DNA of 64,000 nt, taken from Mobula hypostoma (taxonomy: Eukaryota). Below, piece by piece: positions 1 through 12,955 of the stretch. The position numbers were made by a program, and so were the translations under genes. How positions within the stretch are numbered: the stretch's first letter is position 1; each line of letters begins with the position of its first letter. Where the stretch lies: assembly GCF_963921235.1 (NCBI RefSeq), contig NC_086118.1, positions 22,632,001 through 22,696,000 on the forward strand, written 5' to 3'. The notes under the pieces were generated by a model that did no database searches, was not told the origin of the DNA, and was given only the letters and a program-made list of their open reading frames with translations.

Positions 1-451
1 TGCCTATTGGCCAACTTCACACGTATAGTATCAGGTCTCCATGACCTTCACATGATCTGACTTGGAGGTCACGTGTTTGCACTCAGGAAGTGGCTGGATT
101 TCTACCACACATGTGAAAGTCATTCATCTGATCTAAACAAAGGTTCTCATGTGACCCACTTACCTTCTCACCTGACTAAACAATTGGGATAGTTACGCCC
201 CCTGGAGTACTGGGTTTCCTTGCTACCTTTAAAAATCTGTGTGTAGATTTTGCAATAAATTTAACCATCTGAGCTTGTAACTCTAGACTTCTGAGTATTA
301 TAATTAAAAGGACAATGAAGCCAAGAATGCTTCTATTTTTGATCTTTGCTGAAGCAAAAATATTAGACACACAAGTGTACAGTTTAATTTTGATAGACGA
401 TTCTGCCATTGTCCTTACGGGAGAGGGTAATGTAAACATAGATGATAGTAT

Positions 452-576
452 CACAAACAAGAGAAAATCTGCAGATTTCAAAGTAAGACACAGAAAATGC
501 TGGAGGGAATCAGCAGAGCAGACAGCATCTATGGAAAAGAGTAAATAGTCTACGTTTTGGGCCAAGACCCTTCGTC
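452..576 (-). mobile_element. Penelope-like element 3' terminal (pLTR) fragment with degenerate hammerhead motif
   Basis: Matches the terminus of the Penelope copies at 12284 and 26105. Perfect 12-bp TSD AGATGATAGTAT at 440-451 and 577-588. Minus strand reads CTGACGAAGGGTCTTGGCCCAAAACGTAGACTA. Confidence 0.8.
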
Positions 577-1478
577 AGATGATAGTATTGCAGACAATTT
601 AGTTCTGTACAGACATATCTTAAAAGAGAATTAAAATTTGCATGTTTATCCTTCATGAGTAAGAATAAAACATGTCTGGGTTTATTTATTGCTTTTAGTA
701 GGGCTGTAGGTCAAATTGGTTACCATCTTTCTGACATTGTTACAGTAGCTGCAAAGATATAATACTGCACTGATGTAAAAGGCTTTGGAACATTCTAATC
801 CTTCGATAAGTACTTAATAAAAGTATGTCTTTTTAATTATTTTTTACATATTGTGAGATAGTGCTGCACAGCAGAAGTCTCTTCACTCTAAATTGATACC
901 AAATTAAAGGTGACTCATATTTGTCATCCTGAGAGACTTTATCAAGGCACCTTTTGAGTCATACTGTGATGGATGTTACTTCGTAAGAGAGAGCAGTCAA
1001 CTTTCTCTGTCATGCATCGAACATTAAAGTAAACAGAGAGTTAGAGAGAGAGGGCAAGGAAAAAGTCCCTTTGACCCTAAATCTACTCCAACTATCAACC
1101 ACAAATTTACACAATTCCCTCAATATAACTCAAACATATCTCCATTAATACCATCTTTTTGATTATTCCCATGTTCTCCTCAACTCCTGCCCACCCACTC
1201 ACCTCAACCACAGATGGTACTTACAGATTCTGGACACCCTCATTGGTCAATTATCCTACTAACTCACATAGTTTTGGGAGGTAGAAGGAAACTGAAGCAC
1301 TCAAAGGAAACTCTGTTTCTGAGGAGCAGTTCTGCTTCAAGAGGTGACCAGGGAATATCGTAACACCTGTGCTTGAGGCAAAGGCTGGATTAAACATGAC
1401 CTACTCACTATAAAGATTCATATTAAGTTACATGTGCAAAACATGCTATGTAGTCATGGCTATAAGTTGAATAATACT

Positions 1479-1586
1479 GGGATATGGGGAGAAGGCAGGA
1501 GACTGGAGCTGAAAGGGAAGTGGATCAGCCATGATGAAATGGCAGAACAGACTCGATGGGCCAAATGGTCTATTTCTGCTCCTATA
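1479..1586 (+). mobile_element. LINE (CR1/L2-clade) 3' tail fragment
   Basis: GATCAGCCATGAT...GGGCCAAATGGTCTATTTCTGCTCCTAT resembles the tail of the LINE fragment at 38520-38648. Confidence 0.6.
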
Positions 1587-2467
1587 ACTAATATTTTTGA
1601 AACTGGGTTTCAACAAAGACACTGGAACTGAACTTTAGCAGTAGAGCACAATACATGGAAACTATTAAGTCCTGCATTTGACAAAATAGAACTAGAATTT
1701 TTATTCAAGGAAAACACTTAAAAATGTGGATACCAAAAACGTCATCAGTAACTAGGGTCCTGTTGTAGTTGGTATGATGAGGACCACCATGAGGAGAACA
1801 TTACTTAAGTTCTTGGAAAAATGTCTTTATGGAAAAATAGCAGGTCATTAATATTTTTCTGTTATTTTAAATTCCTCTAAGGTATGTTGGCTGACCATTA
1901 ATTTTGGTTTGCAAGAGATAAAAGCTTTTCATGGCAATGCTTGGTCAAGACCGCAAGTCTGTTGAATGAATTTCAGGTCACATTTCAAACGCTAACATCT
2001 GTCTGTACAGGACTAAAGCAGTAAATGTGAACATTGAAATAATTTGTCTGCACTAGATTCAAATAGTTCAAAAATCCCAATAGATGCGTTTTTCAGGGCA
2101 AGAAATAAACTGAGGCCCAATTTTCTGTAACTCCGAAAATGCAGAATTTTTTGGACAAGTTTGAACAAAATATATATATTTTTTTTCTTTCATTGGGTTT
2201 TGTATTTTGGCTTAGTGAATTTCAGTTTCTCCGTAGCATTAGGGAAGAAGTTGCTTGGCACATTAATTTAATACTATGATTTGGGTGTCTGGAGTTGAAC
2301 CTTGAGCATCAGGAATCATGAGTTTGGTTAACCCTGAGCTTCAGATTCAAATACTCACCTTCAACAAGTGCAAAATGTAAATATTCACCTGCAGATCCAA
2401 CTAGTAATTCTCCTACTCCAACAGAATGTCAAATGTGCACAACTCGCATTGATAGTATGGATACCCT

Positions 2468-3060
2468 CATAAGAAACAGGAGGAGGAAGGGAACATTTGG
2501 CCTTTTGTGCCCACTCCATCATTAAGATCATGGATAATTTGATTTTTGGCAACAGCACCTCTATCCTGCTTGAACCCATAATCCAGAGCTCTTCTACAGT
2601 CAACCTCTTCAGGCTTTGAATTTACTTAATCATTTTCCATCCATAGCTTTCTAGAGTTGAGAAATTTAGAAATTCATTACTTTTTGGAAGAAGACATTTC
2701 CCTTTACGTTGGTCCACTTTCTCCTGAAATTATGCTTCCAGATCCAAACACCCTCACAAGGAGCAAAATCTTTACATCTGTCTTGTCAGTTATCCCCAGG
2801 ATCTTAATTGTTTCATTGACATCATCGTCTATATTTACCAATGTCTGATAAGGGTAGGCTGAATTTACCCTATATTCCCTCATAAAAGCATTATTTAATC
2901 AGAGGAATTAATTCAGCAAAGCTTATTTGCAATGATGTCTTCATTGAGCAAGAATACTCCTGGTGTAGTCTCTCCAAAGCAAAGTGCATTTGGTGCTAAC
3001 ATTCTTCTCTTGGGTTTCTATAAGACCAACATTCCATTTTCCTAATTCCTCATTGTACTT
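2468..3060 (-). mobile_element. Highly decayed LINE 3' fragment
   Basis: Begins with the reverse complement of the LINE tail (CATAAGAAACAGGAGGAGG...GATCATGG); weak similarity further in. Confidence 0.45.
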
Positions 3061-3620
3061 TTATGCCAGATCTTTCTGAAGATCAGCATATGATAGCCTC
3101 ATGCCCTTTGATTAATATTTTCCTTTTTTTACACTGCTGACCAAAGTGGATAACCTCATAGTTGGCTGAAGCTAACTTTTTATTTTAGGGGAATTACCTT
3201 TATAAACTATTTGTGTCAACAACCCAGCCAATTCTGCAGAAACTTTTGGGAAGACAAGACACTTGGATCAATTGCATTTTCATTTGTTTCAATAAAATAC
3301 AATGTTTTGTTTTCAAACCTACTTGTTGCCTGTATCTTCCAACATATTTTAGTGTGTGCATTATAGGTTGCAGACTCCTCCGGGAGCGGGGTATTGGCTT
3401 GCTGCAGCCAGAAAGCATTAATTCATCATTTCCCATTGCCAGCAGTCAGCTCATAGTTTAAATATTTAAAATCTCACTGCTGGTATTCAGTCACTTAATG
3501 GGCAAAAATGAACAAGGTCAGCAAAATAGGAAAGAAGGCTTGCCCAGCCTCACCATAAGGGAAACCCAGCAAGACAGAAAACATTAATATCTACATGGAA
3601 TACGAACAAGTTCACCATCC

Positions 3621-3871
3621 TAGAGTCATAGAGCCACAAAGCACCACAGTGCAGAAACAAGCTATTTGGCCCATCAAGTCCATGTTGAACTGTTATTCTG
3701 CCTTGTTCCATCTGTACCTAGACCATGGTCCTCGATAACCCGCCCACATGTATTCATCCAAACGTCTGCTGGCAGCTCAGTCCACACTTGCACCATTCTT
3801 TAGGTGAAGAAGGTCCCCCTCAGGTTCCCCTTAATTATTTCACCTTTCAACCTTAACCTATGACCTCTAGA
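3621..3871 (-). mobile_element. CR1 LINE 3' end fragment
   Basis: Minus-strand peptide SRGHRLRLKGEIIKGNLRGTFFT matches the CR1 ORF2 C-terminus seen at 8030-8090; CR1 tail present. Confidence 0.75.
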
Positions 3872-4485
3872 TCTAGAAGTCATCAAATGATGGCCTGGCT
3901 TCCAATAATGAGACTGAATGTTTAACTCTAAAGGAAGGAAATAACTGATATAAAGCATAGCAATGATTCTAGATAGTCTAATTTTAAAGTATTTCCTTTG
4001 AGAATGTGTTCTTGAGCCATCTTTGTGAACCAATGTAGCCCAGTATCCTGTTTCCAAGGAAATTCTGGGATTCTTACCAGTAGGAGGAAGGCTTTGATGA
4101 TGGATATGTCCATTTGGTGCTTGATGGTTTTCTCATAGTGGCCATTACTCTATATATCAGACAGTCTGTGGTTTAAATGCAGGAGTTTCAGCACTTTTAA
4201 CAGCGGCCAGTCAGAAATTCGGAGTGAGAGAATAGTTGATTCACACAGGTCGGCGCGTGTGCATTAAAACGCATTTGAACAACAACCAATTCGAGATCGG
4301 GATTCATTAGCGGGGCAAGCAGGACCACCTTTTTGGAATGGGCAGTGTTAGAGTGGAGATTTAAGACTTTAACTTCAAGGCTTCAGTGAGGAGAGGCTAG
4401 AGTGAGAGAAGGCAAAAGCTGTAGGTAGACTTTTTTCCAGTTTATTTGCTTCCTTCTTTATAATTGCACAGTCACAGCAGTACGG

Positions 4486-5400
4486 GTGCTAGGCAGGATA
4501 GTTGAATGCTCCTCTTGCGGGATGTGGGAAGGAAGGTAGGCGTCCAGTGTCCCTGATGACTTCACCTGCGAGAAGTGCATCCAGCTGCAGCTTCTAACAA
4601 TCCGCATTAGGGAGTTGGAGCTGGAACTGGATGAACTCCAGATCATTCAGGAGGCTGAGGGGTTGATAAACAGGACATTCAGAAAGGTAGTCACACCCTA
4701 GCTGCAGATCACAGGAAACAAGGTGATAGCCAGGAGAGAGAAAGGGGTTAAACAACCAGTGTGGAGTACCCCTGTGGCCATACCCCTCAACAACAGGTAT
4801 ACCATTCTGGATAACGTTGGGGAGGTGACCTAGCAGAGAAAAGTAACAGTGGTCCAGTTTCTAGCGCTGAGTCTAGCTCTGTGGCTCAGAAGAGAAGTGG
4901 GGAGAAGAGATGTGCTGTGGTGATTGGGAATTTGCTACTTAGGGCAACAGAAAGAGGAACATCTTAGATCAAGGCCTCAACATCCTTAAGTGGGAGGGGG
5001 AGCAGCCAGGGTTCATGGACCATATACTGTAGGTACCAATGAAGCAGGTAGGAAAAGGGATGAGGTTCTGCAAAGTGTGTTCAGGGAGTTAGATGCTAAG
5101 TTAAAGGACAGGACCACCAGGGCTGTAATCTCAGGATTGCTACCCATACCATGTGCTGGTGAGACCAGAAATAGGAAGATCATAGCTTAACATGTGATTA
5201 AGGAGTTGATACAGGAGGCAGGGGTTCAGATATTTGGATCATTGGGCCCTCTTCTAGGGAAGGTGTGACCTGAACAGAAGAGATGGTTTACATCTGAACT
5301 GGAGGGGGACTAATATCTTAGCGGGAAGCTTTGGTAGTGCTGCATGGGGGTGGGGGGAGGGGGTGTTAATTTGGAGTTGCAGGGCAATGGGAACTAGATT
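4486..5400 (+). pseudogene. CR1 ORF1 remnant (CxxC...CxxC Zn finger, coiled coil, SGNH esterase)
   Basis: Motif fragments in several frames; homologous to the open ORF1 segment at 44420-44950. Confidence 0.85.
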
Positions 5401-5449
5401 GCCAGAACGGATAATGGAGTGGTTATGGAGAAAGATGTTGTTAAGACCT

Positions 5450-8228
5450 CAGACAAAGTTAAGAATCTAAAGATTGAGCATGGTGGAACAAATTTTCTAA
5501 GTTGTATACTGTATACTTCAATGCAACAAGTATTGTAGGCAAGAGCTTAGGGCATGGATCAACAAATGAAATTATGACATTGTAGCCACTAGTGAGACTT
5601 GGTTGCAGGATGAGCAGGACTGGCAGCTCAATATTCCAGGCTTTCATTGCTTTAGACTTGATAGAGCACGAGGGGTTAAATGGGGGGCGGGGGTGGCATT
5701 ACTAGTCAGGAAAATGTCACGGCAGTGCTCAGTCAGGACAGACTAGAGAGTTCATCTAGTGAGGCTTTATGGACAGACCTGAGGGAAGAGAAAGGTATGA
5801 CCCTGTTATATTATGGACTACCAAACAGTCCGCGCAATTTGGAGGAGCAAACTTGTAGAGAAACCACAGACTATTGCAAGAAACATAAGGTTGTTGTAGT
5901 AGATGATTTTAACTTTCCACTTACTGACTGGGACTCCAAAACTGTAAAAGGACTAGATGAGATGAGCTTACCAAATGATTTCAGGAAAATTACCTTAATC
6001 AGTACATAAAGTCCTGCTGAGAGAGTCTGCAATACTTGATCTCCGAATAGGGAATGAGACAAGGCAGGTGACAGAAGTTTGGTAGGGAAATACTTCAGAT
6101 TGATCTAGTGCTTGACTGGAGGATCTAAACTGGAGAAAAGCCAATGTTGGTAGTACCAGAAAAGTTCTGGCAAGTGTGAACTGAGACAGGCTGTTTTCTG
6201 GCAAAGGTGCACTTGGTAAGTGGGAGGCCTTCAAATGTGAAATTTTAAGAGTATAAAGCTTCTATTTGCCTGTCAAAATAAAAGGCAAGGATAACAGGTT
6301 TATGGGACTATGGATTTTGAGAGATATTGAGGACCTTGTTAAAAAAAAGGAGATGCTAGCAGATATAGACAGGTAGGAACAAATGAGGTACTTGAGGAGT
6401 TATAAGAAATGAAAGAGAACACTTAAGAAAGAAATCAGGAAGGCTAAAAGAAGACATAAGGTTGCTTTAGCAGACGAGGTGAATGAGAATCTTAAGGGGT
6501 TCTACATATATATTAAGAGCAAAAGGACGGCAAAAAATAAAATTGGTCTTTTGGAACTGGTCCTCTGGAATATTGGAATGGTAATCCCTGAATGAGGGTG
6601 AAAAGAGTTCGATCTTAAATGGATTTTTTGCAACTATATTTACTTAGGAGATGAAGACAGAGTCTATGGAAGTGAGGCAAAGCAGCAGCAAGGTCATGGA
6701 CCCTGTACAGATTACAGAAGAGGTGTTTGCTGTCTTAAGGCAAATTAGAGTGGACAAACCCCCAGGGCCTGACAAAGTGTTCCCTCAGACCCAGTGGGAG
6801 GCAAATGCAGAATTTGCAAGGGACCTAGTACAGATTTTTAAATCATCCTTAGCGATGGGTGAAGTACCAGGGATTGGAGGATAGCTAATATTATTCCGCA
6901 ATGTTTTTAAACAATGTTTAAGAATAGCTCTAACAATAAAGTAGGAAATTATAGTCCAGTGAGTCTGAATGCAATAGTGGGAAAGTTATTGTAAGGTATT
7001 CTAAGGGTCCAGATATATGAGTATTTGGATATGCAGGGACTGATTAGGGGTGGTCAGCATGACTTTTTGTGTAGTAGGTCGTGTCTAACCAATCTTGTAG
7101 AGTTTATCAAGGAAGTTACAAGGAAAGGTGATGAAGGCAAGACAGTGGATGGTGTCTACATGGACTTCAGCAAGGCATTTCAAAAGGTTCCACGTGGGAG
7201 GTTATTCAAGAAGGTTCAGTCGCTTGGCATTAAAGATGAGGATTGGATTAGACATTGACTTTGTGGGAGAAGCCAGATGGCAGTAGTAGATGGTTGCCTC
7301 TCTGACTAGTGGAGTGCTGCAAGGATCAGTGCTGGGTCTATTGCTGTTTGTTATCTATATCAGTGATCAGGCTGATCATGTGGTTAACCGGATCAGCAAA
7401 TTTGTGGATGACATCAAGATTGGGGCTGTAATAGACAGTGAGGAAGACTATCAAAGCTTGCAGTAGGATCTGGATCAGCTGGAAAAATGGCCTGAAAAAT
7501 CTCAGATGGAATTTAATGGAGACAAGTGTAAGGTGTTGCACTTTGGGAGGACCAACCAGAGTAGGTCTTTCACAGTGAATGGCAGAGCACTGACGAATGC
7601 AGTAGAACAACAGGATCTAAGTCTATAACTCATTGAAAGTGATGTCATAGGTAGGTAGGATCATAGAGAAGGCTTTTGGCACATTGGTCTCCATAGATCA
7701 AAGTATTGAGTACAGGAGTTGGGATGATATGTTGAAGTTCTATAAGATGTTGGTGAGGCCTAATTTGCAGTATTGTGTGCAGTGCTTATCATGTACCACA
7801 TGAAATCAATAAATGAAATTGAAAGAGTACATTGAAAGTTTACAAAAATGTTGTCATGGCTGGAGGACCTGAATTATAAGGAAAGATTGATTAGTTTAGA
7901 ACTTCATTCCCTCCTGGAATTTAGAAGAATGAGGGGAGGTTTGATAGAGGTATATAAAATTATGAAGGGTATGGATACAGTAAATGTAAAAAGGCTTTTC
8001 CCACTGAGGTTGAGCAAGACAATAACTGGAGGTCATGGGTTAAGGCTGAAAGGTGAGAAGTTTAAGGCGAACATGAGGGGAAGCTTCTTCAATCAGAGTG
8101 TGGTGACAGGGTGGAACGAGTTGCCAGTGCAAGATGTGGATGCGGTGTTGGTTTCAACATTAAAAAGAAGTGTGAATAGGATGGGAGGGGCATGGAGGGC
8201 TGTGGAGGGTGCAGAACGATGGGACTAG
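5450..8228 (+). pseudogene. CR1 ORF2 remnant (APE endonuclease plus reverse transcriptase)
   Basis: ORF pieces 5680-6009, 6651-6884, 7025-7258 and 7848-8228 give collinear EN, tether, RT and C-terminal peptides. Confidence 0.9.
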
Positions 8229-9849
8229 ACAGTTTAAATGGTTGAGCACAGACAAGATGGGCCAAAAGGCCTATTTCTGTGCTGTAGTTTTCTATGACTC
8301 AAAATCATATGTCCTGCAACTTCACTGTGCCAGTAAATGATGCATAGGTGTAGGGTTAAGTTTTGGGCTCTATATTGATCAAACAACTGCACTGTCATAA
8401 ATGATGTCAAGCTTCTTAAGTATTCCTGTAACTTCATCTGTCCAAATAAGTAATAGTACATTCCAAAGCATTGCTGATTTGGGATTTTCTAGTGACAGAG
8501 AGATCCTACTGCATTAGGAGGCAAGATATTGCAGAATAAACAACATAATAGTTGAACGCGTGTCACATTGTCATATTGATAGGAGTAGACAATTGGTGTC
8601 TTTCAGATTAAACCATAAATTTTTCAGACGCAAGTGAAAAAAAAATCTCGCACTCTGAATATCCTGATAAAAATTCATTCCTTAACTGACTGATGCAGTA
8701 TTGTTCATCTCCCTGCTGTCGTTTGAACCTTGCTGCAGGAAAAAACAAGCTGCTCTGTATGCCTGTAAAACAGTGGATGCTCTTCAAAGAGAATTCACTG
8801 GTTGTGAAGCACTTTGGTTCATGATGCTAGAGGAATGTTTAATCTTTACAATGAATAAACAGGAACAGTTATTAGAGCGATTCTTGGCTTTAAGACATAT
8901 ACATTTAGCAATTGACTGTGGCTACCAGTCTTCACATCTGAATATGTATTGTGGATTTAATTTGGAGTGCAGCTCTGAACAATGGGTTCCTAAAAGCCGC
9001 GAATCCCAGACCAGACAGTCCTGATTAAAATTCATTTGGATGGTGTGGATGCGAATCAGGAGGTGTGAAGGTAGTTTCGAAGAAAGCATTGTCCATATGT
9101 TGAAATATGGAATTGTCCTTTGATGTTTGGCACATACGTTGGGCCAGCCAGACCTTTTGACTGAAAGCATCTTCATATAATGCCTGCTATAGCTTGTTTG
9201 ATCAAATAAAGAAGCTGCTTTGTATCTACCAGTAATTTTCTCTGGTGACTTCATTCACGCAACAACACAGTGGCAACGATCCCCTGGCTATCCAGCACAA
9301 ACTGAATAAAAAATATTTGATGTTCTCAAAAATTTATGGCAGAAAAGCCAATATCATGAAAACTTGCAGAAATTTAATTCTAACAAGCCTCAGTACACCA
9401 GATCCACCTCTAGGCCTTCAGGATGCAAATCCAGGGAAATATGATTTAAACAGACCTACCAAACCTATGAGAATCAGCAACAAGACTCAAACACTTGTTC
9501 CAGCAATTTATCCCTGTGTTGAGTGATACAGAAAAAAAACACAAGTTTTATGGTCAACAGATAAATATATTTGTATTATTAAATAAGTTATCCATCTGGA
9601 TTGTCAGGTCATGTTAATATTTCAAAATATCTACTGGCCATTTACAATACCACAGCAGAATTTTCGATAAAACATATATTTATTTATAATTAACCAATTA
9701 GATTACATTATATATATATATATATACTGTATACAATGCAAATCAATTGGTTTATTACATAGTCTTGTAAAAGATGATTGATGTGCTTTGTTAATCAGAT
9801 GAATATGCAAATTGAAATTGGTCAAGATGATACAAATATATACATAAAA

Positions 9850-10490
9850 TTAAATAAGTAATGCAGGAAACAGCAGTAAAAAAAAACAATAATGAAGTAG
9901 TTTTAATGGGTTTATTGTCCATTCAGAAATCTGATGGCGGTTGGGAAGAAAACTGTTCCTAAAATGTTGAGTGTATGTTTTCAGGCTCCTGTACCTCCTC
10001 TTTGATGGTAGTTGATGGTAGCAGTGAGAAGAGGACATGCCTTGGGTGATAGGGGCCCTTAAAGATAAATGCTGCCTTATGAGGTATCTCCTTTAGATGT
10101 CCTCAATGTTGGAGAGGCTGGTGCCTATGATGGAGCTGGCTGAGTTTGCAACATTCTGCAGGTTTTTTTGATCCTGTGCAGTGGCCCATCCATACCAGAT
10201 GGTGATGCAATCAATTAGAATGCTCTTCATGGTACGCATGTGGAAATTTGCTAGAGTCTTTGGTGACGTACCAAACCTCCTCGAACTACTAATGAACTAT
10301 AGCCACTGTCGTGCCTTGTTTGTAACTGCATCAATATGTAGGGCCCAGGATAGACTTTCAGAGGTCTTGACTTGAAACTGCTCACCCTTTCCACTGTTAT
10401 TCCCTCAATGTGGATTGGTGTGTGTTCCCTTGGCTTCCCCAGCCTAACGTCTACAATCAATTCCTTCTTACTGACATTGAGATTCTTGGT
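9850..10490 (-). mobile_element. Rex1/Babar-type LINE 3' fragment
   Basis: Minus-strand peptides HTPIHIEGITVERVSSFK and QLPSKRRYRSLKTYTQHFRNSFLP are typical of the Rex1/Babar ORF C-terminus. Confidence 0.75.
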
Positions 10491-12386
10491 GAATGATGTT
10501 CACATTCTTGCTGGAATAAATCCTTCAAACTCCCCAGCGTATGTTTACACACATTCATTTCAGGGACTGGGTAAGAGCTATAGCTACTAATATTAAAATA
10601 GCAAGCCATATTCAGCGTTCTGACATTGATTCTTGAAGTAAGGTTCAAAGGTCGTACAAGTCGCTTTTCATACTCTCCATACTACAGTATTTTCCAGCTT
10701 ATTTTTAGTTCTGGCACTTGCATTTAAAAAGTTGAATGAGCTTTAGTGGTCTTGACTGGTGCAAAATGCCTCAATTAGGATTCCAATAACATCAATAACT
10801 CAGATCTGCATGTAAATGTTAAAGTAAAATTGATATGTATGAAACTCTGCATCTTGGAACTAAATTGTATTAATTATTTCTTTAGCATTGTGAAAGTAAA
10901 ACAAAAAATTCCTAGACTGAAATGTAATAATAGCAGGTCAATTTTATATCACTCTGGAGTTGCATCTTGCCACCTCTGCGTGTGAGTTACCTTTATAACC
11001 CTGAAGTAATTTCCATGTTTGGGATACTAGAGATGATGTCATTCCCGGTGCATTTCACCTTTTGCATTGGAGAAGCTGAATTGATTTTCTCCAGGTGAGT
11101 CCATTGTTAGGCATTTCTTGATTAATCTGGTTTTCCCAGAATTTTACCACATTAAAATATCTGCCATGTAAATGGATTATTACCGTAATCCTTTATCTCC
11201 AATGAATCAACTCCCTTGCCACCCCTGTAAGCAACCCAGGTCTATGATCACTTGCATTGAATCTATTGGTCCAGATGCAGCCCTCTTTCTTCTGAAATAC
11301 TAATCTTCCATATTGTAGGTGATTACCCATTGACTCACCACCACTGAGCACAGCACACACCTCCAATCCCAACTGCTGTGTTCACTCACCTATATCTACT
11401 GATGAGACCCTAAGCCTGGAGATAGAACAAAGCCGAAATACGGAATAAACCTTTATTCAGCAACCACTCAGCTAAAAGAAACAGTGCAACCAGAGCACAG
11501 CTATTTAACGACTCCTTAAAGGTCACGAAGAACATTCGAGAAGTTGTCAGGAACAACGACCAATCAGAGAAAGTCAGCCTGGGATTGGTTGACAGCATTG
11601 GTGGCTTCCGGTTTGCTGTAACTTCAAGTACCATTTTGAGTACTACAGCTCGGATTGCATAGAGGGAGAGAAAGGTAAAAAGAAGCAAGTGAGGCTAGAA
11701 ATAGGAAGATCATACAGTTTAACGCTTCGCTAAGGAGATAGTGCAGGAGGGAGGACTTCAGATTTTTGGATCATTGGGCTTTCTTCCAGAAAAGGCTTGC
11801 ACCTGAACAAAAGGGGCATTAATATCCTAGTGGGAAGGTTTGATAGTGCTGCCTGGGGTGGGGTTACACTAGAGTTGCAAGGGAATGAGAACTAGAGCAC
11901 CAGAACGGATTGTGGATTGGTTGTGGAGAAAGATGTTAAGCCTACATACAAAGTCAGGAATCGAAAGGTCGACCATAATGGGACTACTGTTCTGAGATGT
12001 GTATATTTCAGTGTAAGGAGAATTGTAGGTAAGGTAGATGAGAGGGCATGGATTATGACATTGCAGCCATTAGTGAGACTTCATTGCAGGAGGGGCAATA
12101 CTGGCCCCCCTATGTTCCAGGGTCCCATTGTTCTAAACATGATTAAGTGGGAAGGAATAAACATGGTATTACTAGTCAAGGAAATGTCACCACAGTGCTC
12201 AGTCAGAGCAGACTGGAGAGCTCATGTGGTGAGGCTTTATGGGTAGAACTAAGGAATAAGAAAGGTATGACCACATTAACGGGAACAACAAACAGCAGGA
12301 ATTCTGCAGATGCTGGAAATTCAAGCAACACACATCAAAGTTGCTGGTGAATGCAGCAGGCCAGGCAGCATTTCTAGGAAGAGGTA

Positions 12387-12424
12387 TAGTCGACATTTCA
12401 GGCCAAGTCCCTTCGTCAGGACTA
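12387..12424 (-). ncRNA. Minimal hammerhead ribozyme motif (second, inverted copy)
   Basis: Minus strand TAGTC-CTGACGA-AGG gacttgg CCT-GAAA-TG-TC-GACTA; core intact, CG>TG change in the stem III palindrome. Confidence 0.65.
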
Positions 12425-12917
12425 ACTACACTCTGTCCGCCAGAGAAAGCAGGATCTCCCAGTGGCCACACATTTTAATTCCACATCCCATTCCCATTCT
12501 GACATGTCTATCCACGGCCTCCTCTACTGTAAAGATGAAGCCACACTCAGGTTGGAGGAACAACACCTTATATTCTGTTTGGGTAGCCTCCAACCTGATG
12601 GCATGAACATTGACTTCTCAAACTTCCGCTAATGCCCCACCTCCCCCTCGTACCCCATCCGTTATTTATTTATATACACACATTCTTTCTCTCACTCTCC
12701 TTCTTCTCCCTCTGACTATACTCCTTGCCCATCCTCTGGGTTCCCCCGCCCCTTATCTTTCTCCCCAGACCTCCTGTCCCATGATCCTCTCATATCCCCT
12801 TTGCCAATCACCTGTCCAGCTCTTGGCTCCATCTCTCCCACTCCTGTCTTGTCCTTTCATTTTGGATCTCCCCCTCCCCCTCCCACTTTCAAATCTCTTA
12901 CTAACTCTTCCTTCAGT

Positions 12918-12955
12918 TAGTCCTGACGAAGGGTCTCGGCCTGAAACGTCGACTA
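12918..12955 (+). ncRNA. Minimal type I hammerhead ribozyme motif (Penelope-associated)
   Basis: TAGTC-CTGACGA-AGG gtctcgg CCT-GAAA-CG-TC-GACTA: stem I TAGTC/GACTA, CUGANGA and GAAA core boxes, stem II AGG/CCT, vestigial stem III and a GUC cleavage triplet. Confidence 0.75.

Larger units (their letters stand above)
4200..8300 (+). mobile_element. Near full-length decayed CR1 LINE (ORF1 Zn-finger/esterase plus ORF2 APE endonuclease-RT)
   Basis: ORF1: ECSSCGMW (4504), FTCEKC (4561), VGTNE, DGLHLN (5282). ORF2: DDFNFPLTDW, DKPPGPD, YMDFSKAF, KFVDD (about 7398), GHGLRLKG. 3' tail GGGCCAAAAGGCCTATTTCTGTGCTGTAG...CTATGACTC. Many stops and frameshifts. Confidence 0.93.

Noticed and set aside
11040..11100. 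Strong splice donor CAG/GTGAGT at about 11095
   Set aside because: No good upstream acceptor and no recognisable peptide.
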